Origin: Zygophlyctis sp. KS116
Taxonomy: Eukaryota; Fungi; Chytridiomycota
Length of the DNA: 32,000 bases
NCBI GenBank assembly: GCA_054661495.1
Contig: BAAFSQ010000070.1
Coordinates: 1-32,000, forward strand
Reading direction: 5' to 3'
Positions 12,583 through 23,279 of this stretch are shown here, in pieces (the stretch's first letter is position 1; every line of letters starts with the position of its first letter). The notes beneath the pieces were generated by a model. The model saw nothing but the letters and a program-made list of their open reading frames with translations, was not told the origin of the DNA and made no database searches. The translations under genes and the position numbers were made by a program.

Positions 12583-13714
12583 ATGGGACAATTTCAATCA
12601 ATCCCGATAACAGTGGATGAAGGAGTATGACTTTTTAAATTAATATTAGAATCTAGCAAGTCAAAATCCTAGTCTATATCCAAGATCAGACTTTCATTAT
12701 GATTCAAAAACTGTCAAAAGTTTAATTACAAGTCGCAAATTATCTCCGTTTTACAAACCAACATTGGAAAATTCAGGAGATTCAAAGGTATCTTCAATTT
12801 ATTAAAAGCAAGATGGAATGTCCTATTTGTTTCTTATATTATCCATCAAATATAAATAGAGCTAGGTGTTGTGATCAGCCCATATGTACAGACTGCTTTG
12901 TGCAGTTGAAAAGAAATCAAGAAACTTGGAATAGTGTGACTTGTCCTTTTTGTGTACAAGATGATTTTGGAATTGTATATGATGCGCCAAATGCAAAATT
13001 GAAAAAAGGTATGTTTGTATTATAGATTTTATGATATCCTTGATTGGTATTCACACCATACTGTCTGCATCCTGGCTGATCACTTGTTAGGGGTAGGTCA
13101 CAGGCAAGGTTATATATGGTGTGATTAACTGATTGACGGCCTTGTTTTCTAATATTTAGAGCCTGTAGATAATCAAAATATTATTTCTACAAAAGATTTA
13201 AAAAGGAGGACATTTTTAGTTAGTAATCCAAAAGTTGTTTCATGCGGTATTTGAAATTGTTTAAAAAAATAGATGACATACGGCCAGATTGGAGAGTACG
13301 CATGGAAAAATATCTGGAAGAAAGAGCACAAAATCAGAGAAGAGCAAATGCATTACAGAATATGGCCTTAGTAGCAGCTCAAAGAGCGGAAGAAGCTAGA
13401 ATCTTGAATCCATTGATTCAGTTGGGGTAATTATATTCATTCTTATTAAAAGAAATGCCAATGGAGATCCACGTGCAACAATGGAAATGATTTCAAATAT
13501 ATTAGGATCTTTGCAGGTAGGAGATGATGCGCCGATGCGATCTACAAGAGACGTGGCTATTCGATTATCTCAGTTAAATTCTATGGGATTGAATTTAGAA
13601 GAGCTGATGATTATGGAAGCAACACGTAGGTCAATGATGGATCAGCCAGATAGAGATTCAGATGATGGAGATGTTCCATTGGGTTTGTTAAATGATTTGC
13701 GTCAAGGTGAATAG
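12583..13714 (+). CDS. SIP5: SIP5-like RING-type protein (DA2/GW2-related)
   Basis: MGQFQS (myristoylation-like), [69 protein letters not shown]. Introns 12625-12649, 12788-12812, 13009-13159, 13247-13272 and 13427-13452. Confidence 0.85.
13040..13136 (+). other. Long imperfect intronic RNA hairpin (possible ncRNA or cis-element)
   Basis: TCACACCATA 13051-13060 pairs perfectly with TATGGTGTGA 13115-13124. Inner helices TGTCTG/CAGGCA and CCTGGC/GTTAGG and an outer extension rely on G-U pairs. Confidence 0.6.
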
Positions 13715-13730
13715 AGTTTTTGTTTTATAA

Positions 13731-14375
13731 ATGCGTTCTGAAAGCCCTGAAAGCCAAAGAGTTGCGATTGATTACTACGATTGGGAAATATTGTCCATCT
13801 CTAATCAAATTCAAAAACTTCCAATCCAATCTTCATTACTGATCGGCTCTGGAATCGGTAACCAAGATTTAATACCAGTTGATATTAATGGATCTGTTTT
13901 TAGACATGAGAATCATTTATGGCTAGACTTTGATCATCTTTCCACTTTATTATTATTTCCTGATGCAAGCATTAGATCAATTGTATTTGATAAATCCACC
14001 TTCCGTTACATGCATTGTCACCCAGACATAATTTCACAATGGCATCGTATACTAATAGACGGAGGTATCTTATGTTTTGAATTCGGATTTGCTAGTGTTT
14101 CATTTGGGCCTAAATTCTCTTTTGAAGCTAATCCATGCCACATTAAATCCCCTATTGTCAAATCTATTCACGTATACAAATCATTATCAGACACAAGTTT
14201 TGGAATAATCAATGATCAAGAAAACATGTATGCAGCTATATCTCATTCTCATCAACACGAATTATTTCGGAAACTTGAACAACTGTTTTCATCTTGGAAT
14301 AGAATTGAATTAATGTACAAAAACTATCCTTTTGGTAAAATCAATGTCGATCAATGGATAAGAGTCAATAAGTAA
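13731..14375 (+). CDS. Intronless class I SAM-dependent methyltransferase-like protein
   Basis: 214-aa ORF with LLIGSGIG (motif I-like), VD, LDFD, FPDASIRSIVFD and WHRILIDGGILCF (xRxLxxGGxL) in Rossmann methyltransferase order. Confidence 0.6.
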   Translation: MRSESPESQRVAIDYYDWEILSISNQIQKLPIQSSLLIGSGIGNQDLIPVDINGSVFRHENHLWLDFDHLSTLLLFPDASIRSIVFDKSTFRYMHCHPDIISQWHRILIDGGILCFEFGFASVSFGPKFSFEANPCHIKSPIVKSIHVYKSLSDTSFGIINDQENMYAAISHSHQHELFRKLEQLFSSWNRIELMYKNYPFGKINVDQWIRVNK

Positions 14376-14823
14376 TTACGTTGATTTGCTCTTATCACCG
14401 CCAGATTCTTCAGAATCACGAGGAGAACGCATTATAGTCACAATTTTACTTGCATTCACAACTACTCCAGAACTTTCATCAGTTTTCCAGTATTGGAGTT
14501 CACCTTCAACGAGTATTTTATTTCTAATTAATTAACTTAATAGTCATACCCAGTTTTGATATATGCTTCAGCAGCAGGATCAAGTGTAGTAACATTATGC
14601 CATGTAGTTTTTTGCGTTAATTCACCATCGCTGCCTTTAACAGTTTTAAAAGTTGCAAGAGGAAATTTGTATCTTCCCTTTATATTCCCTTGAGGATTTG
14701 TAAACTCAAGAAACGCTGGTTCTTTGCCAACATTTCCGACCAGCACAACATGTTGGTAGCCTATTGATAAACTAAAGCTCTCAAATTACTCATGAATCTT
14801 TTAAAACTTGTCATTTTCAACAT
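14376..14823 (-). CDS. RIM1: Mitochondrial single-stranded DNA-binding protein
   Basis: Basic presequence-like N-terminus, VLVGNVGKEP, FPLAT, TTWHNV, YIKTGNKILVEGELQY. Introns 14761-14789 and 14524-14549. Confidence 0.85.
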
Positions 14824-14842
14824 TTTCAAATTGTTTCTAGGG

Positions 14843-16388
14843 TCATCTTCCCGTCGGCGGAGGAGGAGGCATCATTGATACAGTGTTTGGAAGAAAAGAT
14901 TTTGGTATGTTTGGTGTTGAGAGACTTTCTTGATTCGTGAATGATATTCCCATACCAGGGATATTACGATCTAATCCAGGAATAGACACTGGAACCATTG
15001 ATTTCTTACCTCCTAGACCTGGAAGGCGTGAATCTGGCTCTTCTTCGGCAACTTCATCTCTCATACCAGACTCTTCTTCAGCCCTTTCTCCTGGTCTACT
15101 TCTGGTCCAAAATCTTGTGGCATGGTCGTGAGATCCAGATACTAGTATATGTCCAAGAGGATGCCAATCAAGAGAATAAACTGCTCCATCATGTGCATTT
15201 TCCATTGATCTGTAGGGAGAATTTGTCCTAAATTTAAAATTATTTAATATTACCCAACAAACCAAAAATGCATACTGCCCTCGTATCCCCCTGATGCAAA
15301 TAAGGTTTCATGGATAGGATGCCAAGAGACTGAAAAAACTTCACGCTTATGTCCACGAAAAGTCTGAACTTCCTTCATCATTCTTATATCAAACATTTTA
15401 ATTAATTGATCTCTTGCTCCTGATAATAGCCAATTACCGTTTTTATTCCATTGAAGACCAAGAATAGTATTTGAATGACCATGCCTTGAAATTATAAATT
15501 TAATATCTTACAGTGTTGCTAAAGATTTTCCAGATTTAGGATCCCAGATTTTAATTAAATTATCTTTTGCTCCTGAAGCTAAAATTCCTTTTGAAGGATG
15601 CCAGTCAATACATCTTACATCCCAACCATGACCTAAAATCACATTAGAAAATATACCTGTTAATATTCGCTCCTCTTTTGCTTCTTCAAATGACCATAAT
15701 CTAATTGTACCATCATCACTCGCACTAGCAAATTTTGAATCAGTTGGGGAGAAACAAACTTCCCGAACACACTCTTTATGACCTTGAATCGCCTTGAGAT
15801 TATTCATATTTGGTTGCCAATACTTGATTACACCACCATCATCTCCAGTAAGCATATAAGCCCCATTATGAGCCCACTTTATAGTCCTGATTGCTCGATC
15901 ATGAGCCTGAAGAATTGTTTCAAAATTAAAAGTCAGACCATTCCATAATGTGAATTCTCCAGATGAGGCACCTGTTATCAGTCGTCTTCCTTCCGGCGTC
16001 CATTTTACAGCATGTATAGGACATCTGATCTTATTTACTGAGCTATGAATGAATTTTAAAGGCACTGAAATGATTGGATCATTCTGGTAAGCGAATGGAG
16101 GCAACAACTAAAGTTAAAATCAATGACGAATGTAAATTTTCAAATGATAATACACATACATTATAGATAAAATTAGGATCTGGCTGCATGACAGGATTTC
16201 CCTTTAGTTTTCCCCTGTGCTGACAATGAGATCAATAAAAATACCAAAATCTGACGAATCACTAGAGCATTGAAATCAATGGTTCGACGTTGAATGGCTT
16301 TCCGAATCTTTTTAGTGTCTGACTGAGCTCCTTGACCGGCAGCAATCAAAGTGGGTGCTGGCCGTTTGCCATTAAGTTGCTGATACAT
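14843..16388 (-). CDS. PFS2: Polyadenylation factor PFS2/WDR33
   Basis: [81 protein letters not shown]. Introns 16220-16244, 16108-16159, 15633-15656, 15485-15511 and 15228-15253. Confidence 0.93.
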
Positions 16389-16484
16389 TTACTCCCTTGA
16401 ACCCAAACCTCAAAAACTCAACTAAATATAAGTCCTATGCAGCATTTTTCTTTTAAATTTTAACTATTTCATAAATATCAGTTT

Positions 16485-18476
16485 TTACTGAGATCCAGCC
16501 GTAGAAGATCTAACTAATTTCTCCTTTCCTCCAGCTTTCAATTGTTCTTGAGATCCTTTAATAGATAATTGATCATTTGAATTTTTTCGAGATTTTAAAT
16601 CTTCCTTTGATCCCTTGATAGATAACTGGTCATTGGATTTCTTTTGAGATTTCAAATCATCCTTTGATCCTTTTTTGGGTTCTTTAATGGACTTGGCTTC
16701 GGATTGAGGTCGTGATACTTTTTCTTCTGTGAATATTTCTGATGCTTCAGAAGCTACAGATGATGTTGCACCAGCAGATCTTAATCTAGAGAGGGCATCG
16801 GGTGTCTGGACGCCAGATTTGGATACTTGCTTTGGAGAAGCCACAGCAGATCTGGCTGTAGATTTAGCAGATGTGACATTAGAACGGGTCACTTCCTTTG
16901 GAGATGCAACAGCAGATCTCAAGTCTGTTTTGGGAGTTGTAGCCATGGAGCGGTTATTGGATTTTGGAGATGCGGTTTCAGGTTTTTTATAAGAAATGCC
17001 AGGAGCTCTAGGAGATTGAGGATTGGACTTGTTGGAAAATTGTTGAACCTCTTTTTCTCCATAAATTTCATCATGGTTTCCAGAATCTGATATATTTCCG
17101 TCATCAACAATGCCTTGTAATTGTTCTGAAACTTCTGACTTTTGCTTTGGGGTTGAAGCTATAGATTTATTTTGAGATTTAGAAGCTTTTGGGGTTGCTC
17201 GATTCTTGTTTTCTGCTTGTTTTGGTGGTTGCTCCTTGATAGATTCGGTAAATGAGGGCTGTGTGTTCATGGACTTTTGCTGCTTTTGAGTCCAATGCTC
17301 TGTTACTTTCCTAATGCGTGACATGTGTTCATTCTTCATAGTGATACCACCCAGCCCATGAGATGGAGAATTTTGAATCGCCTTTGTATTATATCTGATA
17401 CGAATTAGGGGATCATTATTTGCGACCAAAATATAACCTTTCCCACTTTCTATATCCTCTATTTTTTGTATTTTTGCACCTTCTCCTTCCATTGTATATA
17501 TCTGCTGAACTTTACCAGTAACAAGCTCGATTTGATTATTTAGATGGTCCAAAAGCTATTTTTATTAGACTTTTAAACTTACTTTGTGTAATCCAGTAAA
17601 ACGTTTCTTTGTAATACTGACACTAATTCCTGAATGATAAGGATCTCCATTAGGAAAGAAATGAGCAATAGTTGGAGCGACATTCGGCGCATTTGGGGCC
17701 TTAAAAAGAGGATCGACCAGTTGATATTGCAACTTTTTAACATTATCATTTGTAACAGCAATCAAATTCATTCCATCCTGTAAATCATGGAGTCCTTGTA
17801 ATTTCTTGAAAGATGCGGCATCATAAACCTTTCTTATTTGACCAGTTGGTAATTTTAAAAGACTGCTTAGAAAACGCAAAAGCTATAATTCTTTAAATTA
17901 GAAAATCGTACATGTTCAAAACTTCTACAATTTCGATGATTCAGTAAAATCTTGATAGGTTCATTCACAACTCCATTTATGAATACCATTACCTTGTAAG
18001 CTTTTGTCTATGTTTAGATATTGATCATCTTACCGAAGGACTAAAGATAGGCTTTTCATTCTTATTAAAAATGCTATTGATATCCGAATTAAGCATGCCA
18101 TGACTATGATGTGCTCTGTTTGCTGCAATATTTTGTCTGCTTTTCATAGGAGTTTCAGCAATAGGATCATCTTCAATAAGATAAGGAACTCTTTTAAAAG
18201 AATCCCCACCAGATGCCACATACATTCCTCCGTCCTTTATTTCACCCAACGACTTGACTGGAGTGCCGTCTATTGAATACATTCTGCGGACAGCTCCAGA
18301 TGTCAATGGTACATTTTCAGCTATTTGATATAGAAACTAATATTATAAATTCCAAGTACCTGCTCATAATTTCTAAAGACTCTATTAGAAATTACCATCT
18401 TCTTGCCAGGCGTCCAAGTATCTCCATTTCTAAATACCTTGATTTTTCTTGATCTAAACTCTTCAAATGTAGACAT
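16485..18476 (-). CDS. Doublecortin-domain protein with three DCX domains and a repetitive basic Ser/Thr tail (DCDC2-like)
   Basis: KIKVFRNGD..GAVRRMYSIDG..YVASG, plus two further DCX copies (VFING..GQIRKVYD and FFPNGD..GKVQQIYTMEG). Introns 18337-18359, 18008-18033, 17883-17911 and 17556-17582. Confidence 0.85.
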
Positions 18477-18820
18477 TAGATTATCTAAAGTTAAGATTGG
18501 TTTGTTTACACTTATTGTTTAACGATGACGTATGCGTTGGTCCGATCATAGCCGCATGATACTTTTCAGATTTCCAGATATCCCAATGATTGCCATGATT
18601 GCTCATCATTACGAGCATTGATCATTGATAATACATTTCAATTAGTGCTTGATCAGATCTAAATTTTGTCCGAATAACAATTAGACTTGAAGCAATTTAG
18701 CAATGCCTCGAGCACTCGATAGTAATAAACTTGAGTTATACTTTGTACGATTCATGATTTGATGTCTTTAAATTTACTTTTGATCTTCTCCAGCAATTTA
18801 ATCTAGCAGAATCAGCGCCA

Positions 18821-21704
18821 ATGCCAAATTATGATATTCTTGGGATTACCGTTCGCTTTCCTTATAATGCCTACGACTGCCAAATAAAACTCATGGAGTC
18901 TGTTATAAAGAGTTTAAAGGAAGGCTCAAACGCACTTGTGGAATCACCAACCGGTAATTATACACTATTTATCATAGGTACGGGTAAAACATTGTGTTTA
19001 TTATGCTCTGTATTGGCATGGAGAGAGGCTCTTGCTGCAAGGAATCAGCTTCAACAACTAGACTCTAGTAATAAAAATACTATGCTGAAAAGTCTGGAAG
19101 AAGCTGTTTTCTCTAAAACAGAAAATAATGCTATTGCAGAAATACCAAAAATATATTATGCTTCTAGGACTCATTCTCAATTGAGTCAAGTTATGAAGGA
19201 ACTTAAAAATACGAGCTACAAACCAAACGTGTCTGTATTGGGGAGTAGAGATCAATTATGCATTCATGAAGACGTATATAAAGCTCCTTCTTTTGCAAAG
19301 ACTGGAATGTGTAGAGTTAAAGTGGCTAAAAAGTCTTGTTCGTTTTATGCAGGAGCAAAGGCAAAGAAAAATGTAGATGAAATACTGGATATCGAAGAAT
19401 TGGTGTCGTTTGGAAAAAAATCGAATTCCTGTCCTTACTATCTCTCACGTGAAATGCAGTCAAATGCAGATATAATATTTCTTCCTTATAATTACTTGAT
19501 AGACTCAAATACAAGAAAATCTCAAAATCTTGATGTAAAAAATGCAATTATAATCTTTGATGAAGGTATATTTGTTAGTCCTAAAAAAAGCACATAATCT
19601 TGAAAGTGTTTGTACAGAAAGCACTTCTTTTGAAATTAATACAAATGATATTAATGCCTGTTCTGGAGAAATTTCTGCGTGTATGGAGATTATATCTCAA
19701 AATCCAAGTGTTCTTGCAAGTGTGAAGGATTTTGTTGGGCTAAGAGGTTTATTAATGCTTTCTAAAATTAAGAAACTGTACAGAAATTGGCCAGGGAAAT
19801 TTTGAAATTGCCGTTTGAAGGTCCGAACAAGGAATTTGTAAAGAATGGCGACTTTGTGTATGATTTTTTTTCAAAAGTGGGTATTAATTTTGCCAATGCT
19901 TCATCTTTAATTCATTTGATTGAACAAGCGCAGGAACTTTTAGCATCAGATCCAAAGAAAAAAGTCGTAAAGGTTAATCTAAGAGCTCTAGAAGAGGCTC
20001 TTAAAATAATTTTCAGAGAAGCCGTTCGGCAAAAGCCTAAAGGAGTATCTCAAATGAGTAAAAGTTATAAGATGCATGTAACGGAAGGTGATCCTTGGGC
20101 AAACGCAAATCCTGGAAGAAATTTTAATTATTGGTGTTTTCATTCTAGTGTTGCTCTTCACGATTTAATGCTTCCAGGAATAAGATCTACGATTTTAGCG
20201 TCAGGGACTTTAAGTCCACTATCTTCATTTGCTCATGAAATGGGGATTCCTTTTCTTAATAGAATTGAGAATCCTCATGTGATTTCAAATGATCAAGTTA
20301 TGATAGCAGTAATCCCTAAAGGACCAAATAATTGCCGGCTATCTTCTTCATATGAAAATAGAAATTCATCTGACTCTGTAGTGGATATGGGAAATGCTAT
20401 TCTCAACTTTATTCAAGTCATTCCTCAAGGGGTATTAGTCTTTTTTCCATCATACACATTGATGCAACAATCTATTGACGCATGGAAAAGACAGGCAGGT
20501 TTTTTAAGACTCACTATAGGGCGTCTGGGATAGATTATCTAGGATAAAAGAGCCAGTTATAGAACCAAAAGGAAAAATAGAATTTACCAGGGTAAATCCA
20601 TCTTTTTTATCAGTAGGCTATCGAGACTTTTTATGCAAAATTAAGAGATCCTCGAATTCAAGGTGCTATCTTTTTTGCTGTTTGCAGAGGAAAAGCCTCG
20701 GAAGGCATTGACTTTTCTGACGGAAAAGGCCGTGCAGTGATTGTTTGTGGAATCCCATATCCTGCAGCAAAGGACCCAAAGGTTTTGCTCAAGAAAAAAT
20801 TCTTGGATGATCTTGTGTCGAAAGACGTACGTGTTGCCAGCGATTCACTAAATGGAGCCGAGTGGTATCGTCAACAGGCTTCACGTGCGGTAAATCAAGC
20901 GATTGGAAGAGTGTATTATCCGAAAAAATTAAATTAACTTTTTTAGTATTCGACATCGTAAAGATTTTGGAGCTATTTTATTATGTGATGATCGGTAGGA
21001 ATTTTACATTTTAAAAACAGATTTGGCCTTCCGTATAATATCAGTCAACTGTCAGCTTGGGTCCGTCCATTAGTCAAAGTATACAATAGATATGACGAAG
21101 CAAAGGAAGCTGTCAAATCATTCTTTGTAAAGAACACATCTGGAACTATAAATCTTCCCAAGACACCAAAAATGACTATTAAGGAACCTTTAAAGGGACA
21201 TTATGAACTATTAAAAGAGTCCGAGTTCTCATCTCTACTAGGTAATTTTTAAGATTCTTGTATACTTTAGAAAAGAAGACTACAAAAGCTACTGTAACAA
21301 GCAACAATGAATTAGAAACGACACAAAATTCATCTCGACACCATACCACCATGAATCAACTCGCCGTTAGCCAGGGTAAAAATGTCCTGAAACGACCCAT
21401 TGGCAATATTCATGATAGCACCAGTGGCACTCGAGAACATTTAAGACCTAAAGCGTCTGGTTATCTGAAACAGGTTAAGCAATCCTTATCAAGTAAAGGT
21501 TATCAGGAGTTTACCCAAGGACTAAAGGATTTCAAATCACGAAATATTCCCTTCAAGCTTCTCCTCTCAAAAATATCACGGCTTTTTGATACTCTACCTT
21601 TAGAAGTAGAGTTATTAGAAGGATTTCAAGATTTTGTTCCGAAAAAGTACCTTTCAGAGTACATGAATCTGGTGATATCTGCCAAAAGATTAAGACACAA
21701 TTAA
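18821..21704 (+). CDS. RTEL1: RTEL1-like Fe-S DEAH helicase with C-terminal harmonin-homology domain
   Basis: ESPTGTGKT, YASRTHSQLSQ, LGSRDQLC, CPYY, DEAHN, SGTLSP, VFFPSY, AVCRGKASEGIDFSD, RAVNQAIGRVIRHRKDFGA and an HHD-like YLKQVKQSL..LLEGFQDFVP. Introns 18954-18977, 19566-19590, 19747-19772, 20495-20519 (GC-AG), 20592-20616, 20913-20946, 20995-21020 and 21242-21270. Confidence 0.88.
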
Positions 21705-22179
21705 ATTTGCTTTTAATATCAGCAAGTTTGCCGATTGCAATCATTATTTAATGGATTATTGGAATACAATACATATAAGATATATATGCATTAAGTCCGA
21801 TCCTCTTTATTGACAGGTAACAAGATTTGCCATTCGGGCAGTAGCTTTAAAATGTCATATCCGAGATTTAGATGTACAGGATTGAGCAAAGATTGAGGCC
21901 AGAAGTAAATTTGAACGAAGAAAGTGGGGGAATATGTCTCTTTCATCATGATTCTGTCCCACCCGAATGAAGTTCCCCATTGGGAAGGTCGAGACTAAGG
22001 GTGAATATTTAATGATCAAAGGTAAGAGAGTCTCAGCATTGGTAATAATAATTCTCAAAAATAACTATCAATTCTAATGAAGATCAGACATGGTGCATTT
22101 ATTATCAATTGGGAGATTCTCCTTCTACTTTTTGATATATAAATCTTGTCCGAAACCTCTCTACCTGGAAATTTGAAAT

Positions 22180-22410
22180 CTATTCATCGAGTTCATCAAA
22201 TGCATTGCTTCTCTTTATCTCGTACTGTTCTCTGAGATACTTTTCATAAGCTTCCTGATGAGTTAGCTGCTTTGCAGAAGTAACTCTCTGCGATTGAGCA
22301 TTATTAGCAGCTTTGGGTGCTACTTTAGGAACTGTAACTTTACCAGTTGGGAATTTAAATGGCATAGCAGTAGTAATTGCGATCATAAGCATAAACATTA
22401 GTCCTTTCAT
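22180..22410 (-). CDS. Small predicted secreted protein (76 aa), unknown function
   Basis: MKGLMFMLMIAITTA-MP looks like a signal peptide. An upstream in-frame ATG also exists at 22449. Confidence 0.55.
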   Translation of the reverse strand: MKGLMFMLMIAITTAMPFKFPTGKVTVPKVAPKAANNAQSQRVTSAKQLTHQEAYEKYLREQYEIKRSNAFDELDE

Positions 22411-22501
22411 TTTTAATTTTGAGAGTTTTGCGGTATCATATTGCGCCATTAAATAGCCGTCAGCGGCAACTTTCTGTTACAGATCTGATCCCCTGTGGCG
22501 A

Positions 22502-23266
22502 CTAAGCCAATCCTTCCCAATCGAAGCAGATAGAAATAAATCCAAATTTTTCACTCCACGAACATAATACATTAGATTTCTTTACAGCAGTACCCAATCT
22601 TCCCATTGCTATGATTTCTTTTGAGCTAAACGTTTGATTTGGATTTGCTATTATAACTATAAAATCACTATGATAATCATCAGGAGATCCATTATATAAC
22701 AAGTAATCACCACCAAACTTACTCCCTCTAGTGATGTGATAACCCATCTCATACAAGTGTTTGAATATTTTATATCTGGCCTTTTGATCATCTGTACAAG
22801 GCCAATTCCATACTGCAAGAGTTGTATTTTGATTCCAAACATAGTGATCTGCAGCAGTTGGCGTTTCTACTGGCGATCGAATTTGAGATAGAAGATGAGA
22901 AGGGATCATTTGTCCAGTATTTTCCAGTTTAAATTGTTTGATCTTGTCCGATTTAACTAGTCGAAGTTTTTGATACTCTTGGATCTGCAGATTAAAGTCT
23001 TGCTGAAACTGATTTATCTGATCTTGACTTGCTTCTCCAGATTCATCATCGAATAATTGAGCACAACCATACTCAAGTAATAAAGTAACTTGCTCTGGCA
23101 ATAGATCGAACGGAAGTCCCAAATCTTGCATTGAACTTGCAGATGAACCAATCCATGAACCATATATTCTCACTTGTCTCAAGTAAATTGCATGCGATGT
23201 CTTCCATACTCTAACAGATCCGGATTTTGTCAAGAATAAAGGAATCGGTAAGTCAATTTCACTCAT
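22502..23266 (-). CDS. SEN34: tRNA-splicing endonuclease catalytic subunit Sen34
   Basis: LGLPFDLLPEQVTLL, GYHITRGSKFGGDYLLYNGSPDDYHS and MGRLGTAVKK supply the catalytic Y/H/K. Intronless. Confidence 0.9.
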   Translation of the reverse strand: MSEIDLPIPLFLTKSGSVRVWKTSHAIYLRQVRIYGSWIGSSASSMQDLGLPFDLLPEQVTLLLEYGCAQLFDDESGEASQDQINQFQQDFNLQIQEYQKLRLVKSDKIKQFKLENTGQMIPSHLLSQIRSPVETPTAADHYVWNQNTTLAVWNWPCTDDQKARYKIFKHLYEMGYHITRGSKFGGDYLLYNGSPDDYHSDFIVIIANPNQTFSSKEIIAMGRLGTAVKKSNVLCSWSEKFGFISICFDWEGLA

Positions 23267-23279
23267 AAAAATTTCCAGA

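Noticed and set aside
13034-13041. ATATCCTT resembles a U12-type AT-AC donor
   Set aside because: It is internal to a GT-AG intron, no TCCTTAAC branch site is seen, and it is not needed to restore the frame.
16108-16159. 52-nt intron as two stacked 26-nt introns (recursive splicing)
   Set aside because: No internal AG/GT junction is present.
20508-20523. GACTCACTATAGGGCG matches the T7 promoter/vector sequence
   Set aside because: It lacks the TAATAC part and is explained as branch point plus acceptor of an RTEL1 intron; actin intron 1 ends in the same ACTCACTATAG.
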